Below are positions 1 to 10,909 of a stretch of 64,000 nucleotides of DNA, piece by piece; position 1 is the first letter of the stretch, and the number at the start of each line of letters is the position of its first letter. The stretch comes from an uncultured Myxococcales bacterium (GTDB taxonomy: Bacteria > Myxococcota > UBA4151). The stretch is from contig CAXGWI010000003.1 of NCBI GenBank assembly GCA_964013405.1, positions 1 to 64,000 of the forward strand, given 5' to 3'. Under the pieces are notes generated by a model. It had not been told where the DNA came from and made no database searches. It saw nothing but the letters and a program-made list of their open reading frames with translations. A program made the position numbers and the translations under genes.

Positions 1-1338
1 GGGGATCAAAGTTGCGCAGTCACCCATTCCGGCGCGCTGCACTGCTGGGGGAAACGCCATGATCACAACGAAGCATTGGGCGAAGATACCGGCGAACTGC
101 GGACGCTGGCGGAGTTTGGCGTGGTTACGTCGCTGGCGGTGGGCGCCACCCATCTCTGTGCCCTCGACGATCAAGGAGTGGCCCGCTGCCTCGGCGACAA
201 CACCTACAAGCAAATCGACTTGGATCTCCGCCTGCGACGAACGGTCACCGAGTTGGCTGCCCTGGGTATCGGTGTGGAGTACAGAGCGCTGAGCGCGTCT
301 CGCTATGGCACCTGTGCGCTAAGCAACAATCGCACCGTCTATTGCTGGGGGCAGATTGCCGAAGATGACCAACGAGCCCCCGAACTGGTCCCAAACCTCT
401 TTGATATCGACCATCTATTCAGCAGCCCCCAGGCCCATCATCGCTGTGCCCAAAGTGAAGACGGCACCCTCCTTTGCTGGGGTCAAAATGACCGCGGGCA
501 ACTGGGTCGAGGCCGCTATGAACCCGGCGACTTTCTTGAGGCAGCGAGCCCGGTTATGCTCCTGCGCGGTGGCAATGGTGGGGATGAGACCCCCGGCACG
601 AGTTGTCGGCAAATCCACGAGCAGTACCCCCAACTCCCAACCGGTCGCTACCTCGTTGACCCTCGAGGTACCGGGCAACTGGTAGAGGTCCACTGCGAGA
701 TGGACCTTGAACCCGGTGGATGGACCTTGATGATCACGGTCCCAAGCCAAGATTGGGACGCAGACAGCAATGTCCTTGATCCGCCCGTGGCTCGCTATGG
801 GGGCAGCCTTTGGAGCCCAAACTACAGCCCCGTATCGCTACCCGTCGATTTCGCCAGCAATGTCATCGCCTATCGCTCACCGGCCTACAGCGCTTTGAGT
901 TATGGCTCACTCAACATCGGCTTTCGCGCCCCAGAGGCTGCCGATTGGCGCTACTGGAGCTTCCAAGACGCGCCGCGCCTCTCCCTTGCATCTGTCATCG
1001 AGCCCGGTGAGTTTGTGACCTTTGGGCCTGCAGGTCTCAATCAGGGTGTGGATGGTTGGTGCAGCCTCATCGACGGGGACTGTGGTTGGGGCTCGAGTGG
1101 CGAGGCGAGAGGGGGATATAACTCAACTTGGAATGGCACCGGCGTTCGCCTCGGCTTTAGCGCCCGTCAAGACCAGCCGTCATGTGGAAACCCAGTTCCC
1201 ACATACATGGGGGTTGGTGGTAGTTCAGCCGGCTATGTTGCAGGAATTAGTCGCAGCTATACGGTGGTGGCCTGCAACAGCAACTGCTGCAACCGAAACA
1301 CGAGTTCCCTCGCCCACGGCCAGGTCTGGGTTCGTTAG
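1..1338 (+). CDS. 5'-truncated RCC1-repeat protein with a C-terminal fibrinogen-like (FReD/intelectin-like) domain
   Basis: Frame is open from base 1 (GDQSCAVTHSGALHCWG). RCC1-like repeats (HLCALDDQGVARCLG, TCALSNNRTVYCWG, HRCAQSEDGTLLCWGQNDRGQLG) are followed by a fibrinogen-like start, SCRQIHEQYPQLPTGRYLVDP...VHCEMDLEPGGWTL. Confidence 0.8.
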   Translation, partial: GDQSCAVTHSGALHCWGKRHDHNEALGEDTGELRTLAEFGVVTSLAVGATHLCALDDQGVARCLGDNTYKQIDLDLRLRRTVTELAALGIGVEYRALSASRYGTCALSNNRTVYCWGQIAEDDQRAPELVPNLFDIDHLFSSPQAHHRCAQSEDGTLLCWGQNDRGQLGRGRYEPGDFLEAASPVMLLRGGNGGDETPGTSCRQIHEQYPQLPTGRYLVDPRGTGQLVEVHCEMDLEPGGWTLMITVPSQDWDADSNVLDPPVARYGGSLWSPNYSPVSLPVDFASNVIAYRSPAYSALSYGSLNIGFRAPEAADWRYWSFQDAPRLSLASVIEPGEFVTFGPAGLNQGVDGWCSLIDGDCGWGSSGEARGGYNSTWNGTGVRLGFSARQDQPSCGNPVPTYMGVGGSSAGYVAGISRSYTVVACNSNCCNRNTSSLAHGQVWVR

Positions 1339-1344
1339 CGCAAC

Positions 1345-2814
1345 TCAGCACAGGGCCTTAAGCAAGGCCCCTAACTGCTCATAAACCACAGCAACGCTTG
1401 CGGGGCATACGCTCTCGTCGGGACTGTGAGCATCCTGAATATCGGGACCAAAACTGATCATATCCAAGCCGGGGACGCGCTCTCCGAGAATGCCACACTC
1501 CAAACCTGCGTGAATCGCTGTCACCTCCGGCTCCCGGCCGTAATAGGTCGCAAAGACCTCCTTGGTGATGGCCAACATGGGGCTAGAGAGGTCGGGCAAC
1601 CAGCCTGGATAGCCCGCATCGCTACGCACGCTGAAGCCGCAGAGATGGGCAAAACTGGCCAGTTGGTCGCAGAGTTGATCCAAGGCTTCTCCGTTGGAAC
1701 TTCGGCTACAGCTGGTCACGGTCACCGCTTCGTCAGACCAGGTCACCACACCCAGGTTGTTGGAGGTCTCCACCAAGCCAGGGATCGACTGACTCATGGT
1801 CACCACACCGCTGGCTTGAGCAAAACAATAGGCGAGGAGCCCCTGGGCAAGGGCCGCCTCTAGGGGCGGGGTCTCATCCCCCTGCAGCGCTTCGATATGA
1901 AGGTCGAAGTCGGCTTCACTGTCCGTATGTAGGCGTTTTAGTGCCGCCATCTGCCCCTCGAGGATCTGGGGTAGTCGGGCCAGCAGTTCAGCCCGGATAC
2001 GGATGACGGCTGTGGCTTCTCTGGGGATCGCATTGCGCTTTGAGCCGCCTTCAAAGCGGCAAAGCTGGAGGTCCAAGCCCTTGCGGGGAAGTTGGATGAG
2101 CAATTGGGCCAGCAAACGGATCGCATTGCCACGATTCTTGATGATATCGAGACCCGAGTGCCCCCCACGCAGTCCGGTTAAACTCAACCGGACGGCAAGA
2201 GTGCCTGACTCTACAGGGTCCCAGGACAGGCGCCGAGTGGCGATCAAATCCCGGCCGCCGGCACAGCCCACATAGAGGATGCCCTCTTCTTCCGCATCTA
2301 GATTGATGAGGCGACGGCCGGTCAAGTAGCGCCCCTCCAGATTGAGGGCGCCGCTCATGCCGGTCTCTTCATCGATGGTGAACAGCAGTTCGAGAGGGGG
2401 GTGGTCAGCATAGGCACCTTCGCCCGCGGCCATGCACAGGGCGACACCGATCCCATTGTCGGCCCCCAGAGTCGTTTGCTTGGCGTAGAGCCGCTCCCCT
2501 TCGAGCCGAAGTTGAATGGGATCCGTAAAGAAGTCGTGCTCAACCCCGCTGTTTTTTTCGCAGACCATGTCTAGGTGGCCCTGTAAAATCACAGGATCGG
2601 CCTCCGCCCCGGCCCCCCGTCCAGGCACTTTGACGATGAGATTACCAATCTCGTCGGAGTAACACTTGAAGCCATGGTCTTCCGCCCAAGCAACCACGTA
2701 GGTCTTGACCTCTTGCTCACGGCCGCTGGGCCGCGGCCGATCGGCAAAGGCGGCGAAATGCTGCCAGACAATAGGCGGCTCTAAACCCGAGACTACCTCT
2801 TGATTTGTCGTCAC
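1345..2814 (-). CDS. pepD: Aminoacyl-histidine dipeptidase (peptidase D, M20 family)
   Basis: Motifs [53 protein letters not shown] and AHSPDE; 489 aa. Confidence 0.95.
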   Translation of the reverse strand: MTTNQEVVSGLEPPIVWQHFAAFADRPRPSGREQEVKTYVVAWAEDHGFKCYSDEIGNLIVKVPGRGAGAEADPVILQGHLDMVCEKNSGVEHDFFTDPIQLRLEGERLYAKQTTLGADNGIGVALCMAAGEGAYADHPPLELLFTIDEETGMSGALNLEGRYLTGRRLINLDAEEEGILYVGCAGGRDLIATRRLSWDPVESGTLAVRLSLTGLRGGHSGLDIIKNRGNAIRLLAQLLIQLPRKGLDLQLCRFEGGSKRNAIPREATAVIRIRAELLARLPQILEGQMAALKRLHTDSEADFDLHIEALQGDETPPLEAALAQGLLAYCFAQASGVVTMSQSIPGLVETSNNLGVVTWSDEAVTVTSCSRSSNGEALDQLCDQLASFAHLCGFSVRSDAGYPGWLPDLSSPMLAITKEVFATYYGREPEVTAIHAGLECGILGERVPGLDMISFGPDIQDAHSPDESVCPASVAVVYEQLGALLKALC

Positions 2815-2919
2815 GTCAGTTCCCCCTGGCTTCGGTCACCTCAAAGCACCAGTTTTTGCGCCCCATCGGAGGCGAACTATGGCAAGGCGGGCTGCCCACT
2901 ACACATTCGGAGCCCTCGG

Positions 2920-3480
2920 GTGAACGAGAAACAAGACCGTCCCTCAAAACATTTGGCCTGGATCGACCTGGAAATGACCGGCCTCGACCCCCAGGAGCAC
3001 CGCATCATCGAGATCGCCTGTGTGGTGACCGATAACGAGTTGAACGTGGTCGCTGAAGGCCCCAACTTGGTCATCCATCAACCGGAAGAAGAGCTGGCGA
3101 AGATGGACGCTTGGTGCGTGGCCCATCACGGCGCCAGCGGGCTGACAGAGCGGGTGCGAAACAGCCCCCTTAGCCCGGAAGAAGCCGAGCAGGAATCGAT
3201 CCGCTTCTTTCGCCAATACATGGAGGTGGGCGAAGCACCGCTGTGTGGCAACTCCATCGGCCAGGACCGGAAATTCCTCGAAACCTGGATGCCGGAGCTC
3301 GGTGCCCTCTTCCATTATCGAAGCATCGATGTGAGCACCCTGAAAGAATTGGCCAAACGCTGGCGCCCCGAACTTCCACCACTGGAGAAGAAGGGCAGCC
3401 ATCGCGCCCTCGATGACATCCTCGAATCCATCGAGGAGCTCCGTTACTATCGCAAACATCTGATGAAGGAGTCCCCATGA
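2920..3480 (+). CDS. orn: Oligoribonuclease (DEDDh)
   Basis: Motifs [44 protein letters not shown] and [21 protein letters not shown] at 2920 is the likely start; the ORF track starts at 2800. Confidence 0.96.
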   Translation: MNEKQDRPSKHLAWIDLEMTGLDPQEHRIIEIACVVTDNELNVVAEGPNLVIHQPEEELAKMDAWCVAHHGASGLTERVRNSPLSPEEAEQESIRFFRQYMEVGEAPLCGNSIGQDRKFLETWMPELGALFHYRSIDVSTLKELAKRWRPELPPLEKKGSHRALDDILESIEELRYYRKHLMKESP

Positions 3481-4994
3481 GCCTGCTGCTGCCGTTGTTG
3501 CTCGCAAGCACGCCGACCACGCCGGCTACCGAACCGCTGACGGTTGGGGGCCGATGGCTCTTCGAGAGTGCGAGAATGTCTGATCTTCCCCTGGGCCTCA
3601 GCAAGAGCGGCGAGCAAGTCGTCGCAACCGAGAATCGCCCCAGCAGCAATCACTTCCGAGCCCAGCTACAGGGAAACCTCTTCTCGTCCTTGTCCCTCCA
3701 GGCTGCATTGGATTTGTACCAATGGTCTGAACCCGGCGACCTCGACCGAACAGCCTCTGAACTCAGCCCCTTCGACCTACGTACGCTCAACCTATCTTGG
3801 ACCACGTCCTACGGCAGGCTGAAGCTCGGCCGGGCGGAGAACCGCTGGGGATTAGGGCTTGTCGCCGGCGGGCGAAGCGCCAGTCCCTCCTGGACCTACC
3901 CTTTCGACCAACCGGCCCGAGGCGACAACGTTCTGTTGCTGGCCTACGGCGCCAAAATGGGTGCCTTCACCCTCGGGCTCTCGGGGCAACAAGTCCTCGA
4001 CGATGAGAACGCCTCGACCCCGGCTCTGAGCGCATTGAGTCGAGATCTAGAAGGCAAAGACGAGGCCTACCAGACGGTCCTCGCCCTGCGCTGGTCCCCA
4101 GAAAAGACCCGCAAGATGGGTCTTTACGGAGCCTACCGGCAGCAGCGGGACGGCGACGGCAGTCATTTGAACGTGGTCCTGCTCGATGGACTCATCGACT
4201 GGGAGGGGCAGCTTGGCTTGGCAGACCGCTGGCGCTTGGCCCTCGAGTTTGCACTGGTCACGGGCAGCACCAACCGCATGGTCACGGAAGCTGGCCTGCA
4301 AAACACCCTCGCCGAAGGGGATGCGCTGAGCAACACCCAACTGGGAATCCAGTCATTTGGTCTTGTCGGCATCGGTGGTTTGCGCCTGCGGGACGGTCGG
4401 CTCAACCTCGAGTTCGAAGGTGGCTATGCCAGCGGTGACGCCCACAGTGAAGACGATCAACTGAATCGATTCTCCTTTGATTCCCAGTATCAAGTCGGCT
4501 TGGTCTTGGTGCCCTGGTTCTGGCGAAACATCACCGAAGAAACCTGGCGTCGAGCCTCGGATCCGGCTCTGGCCGGTGAACCCCCGAAAGGGATTGGACA
4601 CTACCGTAGCCGTGGCCAAGTCAGCGGTCTCGCCTACCTCAACCCCAGGGCCAGCTGGAAAAGTCAGCGCAACAAGGGGCTGGGTCTCCATCTAGGCCTG
4701 CTGGTGGTGGCCTTACCGGAGGGCGGAGCGGATCCATTTTGGAGCTTTCGCCGTGGCACAGCGACCAACGCTTTTGGTGGCGCAGGCGACAGCCACCTCC
4801 TTGGCAGTGAAGTGAATGTCGGCCTCAGTCTGACCAGTACCCACCGCAAAGGCCGCTATGCCTCCCGCCTAGGCTTTGAATGGGGGGTGGCGAGCCCAGG
4901 TGTGGGGATGGCCGATGCCAACGGGCAGGGCCCGGACACCCTCTGGTTAAGCCGCTTAGCCTTTGACCTCCGAGCAAAGGAGTTGTTCCAATGA
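3477..4994 (+). CDS. Putative outer-membrane beta-barrel protein (alginate-export/porin-like)
   Basis: Signal peptide and alternating amphipathic strands ([34 protein letters not shown]). ATGA overlaps with orn and with the next gene. Confidence 0.6.
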   Translation: MSLLLPLLLASTPTTPATEPLTVGGRWLFESARMSDLPLGLSKSGEQVVATENRPSSNHFRAQLQGNLFSSLSLQAALDLYQWSEPGDLDRTASELSPFDLRTLNLSWTTSYGRLKLGRAENRWGLGLVAGGRSASPSWTYPFDQPARGDNVLLLAYGAKMGAFTLGLSGQQVLDDENASTPALSALSRDLEGKDEAYQTVLALRWSPEKTRKMGLYGAYRQQRDGDGSHLNVVLLDGLIDWEGQLGLADRWRLALEFALVTGSTNRMVTEAGLQNTLAEGDALSNTQLGIQSFGLVGIGGLRLRDGRLNLEFEGGYASGDAHSEDDQLNRFSFDSQYQVGLVLVPWFWRNITEETWRRASDPALAGEPPKGIGHYRSRGQVSGLAYLNPRASWKSQRNKGLGLHLGLLVVALPEGGADPFWSFRRGTATNAFGGAGDSHLLGSEVNVGLSLTSTHRKGRYASRLGFEWGVASPGVGMADANGQGPDTLWLSRLAFDLRAKELFQ

Positions 4995-7900
4995 AAAAAA
5001 GCATCGTTCTCATCCCGTTGCTGAGCGGGACCCTGGCCTGCGACCTGCGAGGTCTGCCCCAAGGCATTGCGGAGACTCCGGCCGGCGAGGGGGCCAGCGT
5101 CGTCTTCGATCTGGATGCTTCGCCCCTTCCCGAGATCCCCTTTCCTAACGACCTGGCGACACGGATCGATGGGACCTCCCCGACCGGTCGGCGACTCAAC
5201 ATCACCAAAGAGGCATCCACCGAAGTGGAGCGAGAGGTGCGGGAAAAAGCCGATCAACTGGATGGATTTGGCACCTACTCGCCCATCTCCGTGGGCTTTG
5301 AAAAGCCCCTCGATCTTTGCGAGATCGTTACCCGTCACCATGGCGAAGACGACTTCACCAATGATGCGGTCTATGTGGTGGATCTCGAGACCGGTGAGCC
5401 TGCGCTGCTCGATCTCAACCGGGGCTTCTTTCCCTATCTCCTGCCCGGCCGGAACAACAACGACAGCCCCGATCAGGTCAGCAATCGGTACTACGGCAAC
5501 GATCCGCGGGCCGAGGCGAGCACCATCGTCTTCGATGATCACCCAGAAGCACCCGGTGAAGACAGCGACGGCGACGGCATACAAGACGCTCGATTCAACC
5601 TACCGGATTGCGGCGAAGCCCATTGGCGCTACCCCGAAAACACCATCTGGGAGGCGGAAACCAATACGCTCCTCATCCGGCCCATTCGCCCACTTCAACC
5701 GGGCAAAACCTACGCTGTCGTGCTCACCAACCGGCTCAAAGACAGCGATGGGCAGGCGGTACGAAGCCCCTTTCCTTGGATCAATCATCCCCGCCAAACG
5801 GCCGCTTTGGGCCCCCTGGAGGGGCATCTTGCCAACCTAGGGCTCAGTCTCTCGGATCTCAGCTTTGCCTGGACCTTCACGACCCAGTCAGGACGGGATG
5901 ACCTCAAGGTGATTCGGGCCGGCATGTACGGTAGCGGCCCCCTCAAGGCCCTACACGATCAATTCCCACCGGATCTCCAGAGCTTGCATGCCTTCTTCAC
6001 AGATCCCGGAACTGCGGGAAGCCCCTTCGTCACCCAACCCCACCTCGCCAGTGGTGCCCACATTGCGCGGGTCGTCGCCGAGGTGAACCGGACCGAAGAG
6101 CTGATCGAAGAGGGCAGCGCTGGCCGCTCCCTTTTGGCTTCGATGGAGAACATCAGTCACTTCATCTCCGGCAGCTTCATTTCGCCCAACTTTCTCGTCG
6201 ATAAGGATGGGCTGGCCGGCGAAGGCTGCGCCACACCGCTTCCTCCCCACGGAACCGGCGCACCGGCTACCAAGGAATGCGAAGTGCCCCACGACGACGA
6301 TGAAAATTTCATCGTCGATCGTTTCAGCGGCGAGATGGTCGTGGGCGAGGGTCGAGTCACCTTCTGGTGCGCCATCCCCCATGCTCGATTCAAGCGGGAC
6401 GGTGACGCTGCCTTTCCCGTGAGCATCTACGGCCATGGCTACGGCAGTACCCGCTTTGAAATGCTCGGCTTTGCCGGCTTCCACGCCCGCTTTGGCATCG
6501 CGACCTGTAGCACCGATGTCTTTGGTCACGGTTTGGCCATTCCCCCGGCTCTGCTCGGTGTGCTCAACCAGATCACCGAAGATGTGCACGCTGAAGGGCT
6601 CTTGGCGGCCCTCACCGACGGCCGGGCGCGAGACCTCAACAACGATGGTGAAAAGGACAGTGGTGGAGACTACTGGACAGCAGACACCTTTCACACGCGT
6701 GACGTCGTTCGTCAGAGCGTCGTCGACTGGATGCATCTCGTGCGTTTGCTCCGGGCCTTTGACGGTCAGCGACGCATGACGGTCTCCGTCCTCAATCCCG
6801 ATGGCAGCCAAGGGCAGCTCGATGGCATCGCCGGTGACTTCGATGGCGATGGTACGGTCGATATCGGTGGCCCCAACAGTCAGTACTTTGCCTGGGGGCA
6901 GAGCATGGGGGGCATCATCTCCGGCAGCTTTGCCGGCGTTGAGCAGGCCTTGACCGCCGCAGCCCCGACAGCCGGGGCTGGCGGCCTCCTCGATGTGGGT
7001 GTTCGCAGCATTCAAGGAGGTGTCAAAGAAGCGGTCCACCTGCGCTTCATGGCCGTCCTGCTTGAGGGGACGCCGCACAGAGAGAACCTGACAAGGCTGC
7101 GGTTCTGGGTACCCAACGTCAATGACGACGAGCGCATCGAAGTGGCCGAAGTGGCCGATATCGCCGCCGGTGACCGGGTGCGTATCACCAATCTGGCCAA
7201 TGGGGATTTCGACGAAGTCTTCGCCCGAGATCGGGGCGATGGCCGGGTCATTTTCAGAGCCCACGTGGCTGCGGATGCCATGCGGGCGGTGGACCGCCGC
7301 AAGGCTTTTGCCTTGGACCCAGGCCCCTCGGGCTTGGTGGAACCCTACATCCTCAACGACGACAGTTTCCCCGAGGGGCTCACCCTTGAAACCCTTGGTG
7401 ACCCTCTTGTTATCGAGATCCTTGATGCCGAGGGCCAGGTGAAAACCACCATCGACCGCTTTGGTTCCCTCACCGACGACAACGGCTCAACGCTGGCCCT
7501 TCGGGCTGCCTTTCAGGGGCTAATCTACGATGAAGGGCTCACGCTGCACGCGCCGGGCCGGGGGCTTGGCAAGTACCGCTCCACACCGGACTATCGCCGC
7601 TTCGTCGCCATATCCCAGACCATTCTAGACCCCGCAGACCCCATCAACTTTGCGCCCCTTTATCTGGGCGAAGCCACCGACTACGACGACGCAGACCCCG
7701 GAACAGCGGTCATGGTCATCCCAACGGCCGGCGATATGAATGTGCCGGTCAACGCAGCCTTCGCCATGGCGACAGCGGCAGGTATTTTGCCCCTGACCGA
7801 GGCAGAAGCGCCGGAGGCCTATGCCCACTACGGGCGCAGCCCGGCCCAGGCCGTTGCCGATGCCTTCGCTATGGAAGCGGTGGTCCGCAAGCGCCGCTGG

Positions 7901-8638
7901 ACCCAGGGCGACCGGGGGGCTCGCCCCCTCTGGACGGCCGAGACCAACCCCAATGGAATCCAGTTCGACGTGGACAACTTGGACATGCGCCGGGACAGCT
8001 TCCATGCGCCAGACTTCGAAGAGCTCGGCCAACTGTGTAAGGGGGGCTCGGACCACCCGAGTTGTCGCTATGCCTGGCCCTGTGGGGGGGAAGATGATCC
8101 CTGCAAACCCTTATGGGAGTTCACCGGTCACCAACTGGCCGACGGGCGTAGGGGGGCGCTGCGCGTTCCCATGCTCAATGTGGAAGGGCAGCACGGCTTC
8201 CTGTATCCTGAACCAGACCGGCGATTAAACGGGGGCTTCGATACCTATGGCTTCATGGTCAACCTCACCGGGTCCTTCTTTGCCAGTGGCGGCAAGACGC
8301 TGCGGCAAGAGGTCTGCATGAATGTCGTTCCGGCCACCATTGTCTCCACCTGTGTGTTTCCCTTGGTTTGCGAAGATGGAGGCGCAGCCTGCGACGAACC
8401 GGGTCCGGACGGATGCGGTGAGGGGAACGCTTGCCTACAGGCCGAGGAAGGCACCTGTTCGACAGGGGCCAGTGTGGCTGAAGAGCCGGTGACCTGCGCT
8501 GATGACACGACTTGCGCCCAATCTTTTCCCTATGGTGTCCTTGACCCCGAAGATCCGGCCCAATCGCCAGTGGGTGCGGACCAAGAGTCGATCGACAACC
8601 ATGTTTGTGATTGGATTCAAGAACGAGGAGCGCCCTGA
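4991..8638 (+). CDS. Large lipoprotein: Ig-like/lipase N-terminal region plus alpha/beta-hydrolase domain
   Basis: Lipobox TLAC; IPFPNDL...LDGFGT lipase-N-like region; PLQPGKTYAVVLT Ig-like segment; YGHG oxyanion segment; nucleophile elbow GQSMGG; DxDGDG loops; Cys-rich C-terminus. Confidence 0.75.
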   Translation: MKKSIVLIPLLSGTLACDLRGLPQGIAETPAGEGASVVFDLDASPLPEIPFPNDLATRIDGTSPTGRRLNITKEASTEVEREVREKADQLDGFGTYSPISVGFEKPLDLCEIVTRHHGEDDFTNDAVYVVDLETGEPALLDLNRGFFPYLLPGRNNNDSPDQVSNRYYGNDPRAEASTIVFDDHPEAPGEDSDGDGIQDARFNLPDCGEAHWRYPENTIWEAETNTLLIRPIRPLQPGKTYAVVLTNRLKDSDGQAVRSPFPWINHPRQTAALGPLEGHLANLGLSLSDLSFAWTFTTQSGRDDLKVIRAGMYGSGPLKALHDQFPPDLQSLHAFFTDPGTAGSPFVTQPHLASGAHIARVVAEVNRTEELIEEGSAGRSLLASMENISHFISGSFISPNFLVDKDGLAGEGCATPLPPHGTGAPATKECEVPHDDDENFIVDRFSGEMVVGEGRVTFWCAIPHARFKRDGDAAFPVSIYGHGYGSTRFEMLGFAGFHARFGIATCSTDVFGHGLAIPPALLGVLNQITEDVHAEGLLAALTDGRARDLNNDGEKDSGGDYWTADTFHTRDVVRQSVVDWMHLVRLLRAFDGQRRMTVSVLNPDGSQGQLDGIAGDFDGDGTVDIGGPNSQYFAWGQSMGGIISGSFAGVEQALTAAAPTAGAGGLLDVGVRSIQGGVKEAVHLRFMAVLLEGTPHRENLTRLRFWVPNVNDDERIEVAEVADIAAGDRVRITNLANGDFDEVFARDRGDGRVIFRAHVAADAMRAVDRRKAFALDPGPSGLVEPYILNDDSFPEGLTLETLGDPLVIEILDAEGQVKTTIDRFGSLTDDNGSTLALRAAFQGLIYDEGLTLHAPGRGLGKYRSTPDYRRFVAISQTILDPADPINFAPLYLGEATDYDDADPGTAVMVIPTAGDMNVPVNAAFAMATAAGILPLTEAEAPEAYAHYGRSPAQAVADAFAMEAVVRKRRWTQGDRGARPLWTAETNPNGIQFDVDNLDMRRDSFHAPDFEELGQLCKGGSDHPSCRYAWPCGGEDDPCKPLWEFTGHQLADGRRGALRVPMLNVEGQHGFLYPEPDRRLNGGFDTYGFMVNLTGSFFASGGKTLRQEVCMNVVPATIVSTCVFPLVCEDGGAACDEPGPDGCGEGNACLQAEEGTCSTGASVAEEPVTCADDTTCAQSFPYGVLDPEDPAQSPVGADQESIDNHVCDWIQERGAP

Positions 8639-9585
8639 TGCCCGTGACCGTGCGTACCGCCCTGCTTTCTCTCCTCTTCATCAGCGCACCAGCAGCAGCG
8701 CAAAATGCTCAAGAGCCCCGCGAGATGATCGCCTGCCCGGACACAAGGGCTTGGCCCAACGACCAAGTGACCTTTGGCAATGAACTCCCCTTTAACGTCA
8801 TCGTCTGGCTACCGCCCATCGATCCCAGTTTCGCCTACAACATCTGCCGCAATGAATTCGTCAATGGCAGCCGAACCGGCCGGTGTATCCGGCTCCTCCC
8901 CGTGGAAGACCTTGAGCCGCTTCCCTGGAACTCAACATTAAGCCTACAGGCTGGCGTACCCGTCACTGCCCACGAGTTGGAACGAGATCAGGTCACCCTC
9001 GATGATGAGGCCTGGCAACAACTCCTAAGGGAGGGCTGCTGGCAGATTCAGGCCATGGGAGACAATGGCCCCGTCGATTTTCTAGGCAGCCTGTGCGCGG
9101 GCGGCCCCGCAGATACCGAGGCGCCCACCGAACCGGAGATCTCGGCTTTTTTGGAGCGACCCGTCTGGGGGACCGGTTCACCGAGTCGGGGCGAGGGCAT
9201 GCCCCTTATCGATACCTCCTGTAACCCACTCTCAGGCCAAGCGGGCAGCGGACAACTTCGGCTTCATTTGCGCGCAGAGGAAAGCGGCCCAAGCCTCATT
9301 CATGTCCAGGTCTTCGCCGGTGACGACCTCCTCCTCGATATGGCTCGTCCTATGACAGACCGCTTGGTCCTCAACGTCGACATTGGTTCCCGGTCGCCGG
9401 ACAGCCTGCGAGCCCAAGCGCGGCTGATCGATATGGCCGGTCAGTTCAGTGGCTGGTCCGAAGCGACAGAGGTCGTCGACGAACGGGTTGCGGGCTGTGA
9501 TTGTACGGCGGCCGACCCATGGGGTTTGGGCCTGCTCGCCTTGGGGCTCCTTAGACTTCGCCGACGTCGGCATCACCGGCCCTGA
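8638..9585 (+). CDS. Exported protein with MYXO-CTERM sorting signal
   Basis: ATG at 8638 overlaps the upstream TGA; signal peptide; C-terminal GCDCTAADPWGLGLLALGLLRLRRRR. Confidence 0.75.
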   Translation: MPVTVRTALLSLLFISAPAAAQNAQEPREMIACPDTRAWPNDQVTFGNELPFNVIVWLPPIDPSFAYNICRNEFVNGSRTGRCIRLLPVEDLEPLPWNSTLSLQAGVPVTAHELERDQVTLDDEAWQQLLREGCWQIQAMGDNGPVDFLGSLCAGGPADTEAPTEPEISAFLERPVWGTGSPSRGEGMPLIDTSCNPLSGQAGSGQLRLHLRAEESGPSLIHVQVFAGDDLLLDMARPMTDRLVLNVDIGSRSPDSLRAQARLIDMAGQFSGWSEATEVVDERVAGCDCTAADPWGLGLLALGLLRLRRRRHHRP

Positions 9586-10378
9586 ACTGCTGCCAGGCTT
9601 GATATAACTCGGGCTGGTGGAGATGACTGGGTCGGACGTTGGCCAGGGCCGCCGCAATGTTGCCGGGCACCTTCTCGTTCTCGGTCGTCAGCACCTGCAG
9701 CATCTGCTTCATCCGTTGCCGTTTTAAGCCCTCTTGGGAGCCACACAGATTGCAGGGCAGGATCGGAAAGCCCATGCGCTGCGCATAGTCTGCGATCTCG
9801 TCTTCGGCACATTGCATCAGAGGGCGAATCACGGTGTTGCGACCGTCATCACTGTGCAGCAAGGGGGGCATCGATTTGAGTTGCCCTGAATAGAACAGGT
9901 TCAGCAGCAGCGTTTCCGCGGCATCATCGCGATGATGACCAAGGGCGATTTTGTTGCAGCCCAATGCCTCTGCTTGATCATAGAGAATCCCTCGCCTCAG
10001 TCGGGAACATAGGCTGCAATAGGTACTTCCCTCCGCAATTTTGTCCGTCACCACCGAATAGGTGTCCTGGGCGTGAATGCGGTGCTCAACCCCATAGTTT
10101 TTGAGCCAGCGCTCTAGGGGCTCACCGTCATAACCCGGCTGGCGCTGGTCGAGATGAAAAGCGATCAACTCAACCCTCGGGCCTGGGAGACGACGTCGGA
10201 AGCGATCCATTAAGGTCAATAACGCGTAGGAGTCTTTCCCGCCGCTCATGGCCACGAGAACCCGGTCACCGGGCTCGATCAATTGAAAGGTCTCGATGGT
10301 TCGGCCCATCTTCCGGCAGAGACGGGCCTCAAGGCGACCCAGCTCGCCGGCCCGGTCGGGTCCAGGCAGCGCTTGCAT
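9551..10378 (-). CDS. ttcA: tRNA 2-thiocytidine(32) synthetase
   Basis: PP-loop SGGKDS, plus CSLCSRLRRGILY, IALGHHRDD, VIRPL and PCNLCGSQ. Confidence 0.95.
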   Translation of the reverse strand: MQALPGPDRAGELGRLEARLCRKMGRTIETFQLIEPGDRVLVAMSGGKDSYALLTLMDRFRRRLPGPRVELIAFHLDQRQPGYDGEPLERWLKNYGVEHRIHAQDTYSVVTDKIAEGSTYCSLCSRLRRGILYDQAEALGCNKIALGHHRDDAAETLLLNLFYSGQLKSMPPLLHSDDGRNTVIRPLMQCAEDEIADYAQRMGFPILPCNLCGSQEGLKRQRMKQMLQVLTTENEKVPGNIAAALANVRPSHLHQPELYQAWQQFRAGDADVGEV

Positions 10379-10848
10379 CAGTCGGAAGGCCCAAGCCGAA
10401 AAGCTGCCCTCACGTGCCGGGTTTCCCCTCCCGTGCTGACGAGTTCTGCGGAGACCATCCCCAAGAGCTCCTGACCTTCACGACTTGCGATCGCCAGAGT
10501 CCCCGTATGATCTGCATCCGTCATCCATGTCCCCCCGCTGTCGTTGAAGAGAATCGAATCGTTCTCCCGATCCAAATGACGGCAGACCGGTAGGCCGACG
10601 ACCAAGGCATCATCAAAGCTCGGCTCATCGGCACCATCAGAGCGCACATTGACGGTAAAGGTTCCCGCACTGATGCGACCGTTCCGAATCGTGTGGTTGT
10701 AACTCCCCCCGACAAGCCGGCGCCCATCTTCAAAAATTATTTCACCCAAAGCCGGATCCTCGCCACTCCAAGACAGATTGCACGCGTCGTAGGGGCTGCC
10801 TGCGCAGGCCCCAACCAAGCTGAGTAAGACCAGGAAGTGGCGCATCAT
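10378..10848 (-). CDS. Hypothetical lipoprotein
   Basis: Signal with lipobox VGAC; GGAG RBS upstream; stop overlaps the ttcA start (TGATG). Confidence 0.7.
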   Translation of the reverse strand: MMRHFLVLLSLVGACAGSPYDACNLSWSGEDPALGEIIFEDGRRLVGGSYNHTIRNGRISAGTFTVNVRSDGADEPSFDDALVVGLPVCRHLDRENDSILFNDSGGTWMTDADHTGTLAIASREGQELLGMVSAELVSTGGETRHVRAAFRLGPSD

Positions 10849-10909
10849 CCGGCTCCTTAAAAGGCAGGGCTAGCTAACCGGGGGCGAGTTCACCTGCAAG
10901 GCAAAGGCA

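Noticed and set aside
5951..7264. 437-aa minus-strand ORF (similarly 15603-16802 on the plus strand)
   Set aside because: Antisense shadows of the lipase-like and PBP2 genes.
9551..10378. Link between ttcA and tRNA-Arg(CCG), which has C32
   Set aside because: A plausible enzyme-substrate pair, but 38 kb apart and ordinary housekeeping.
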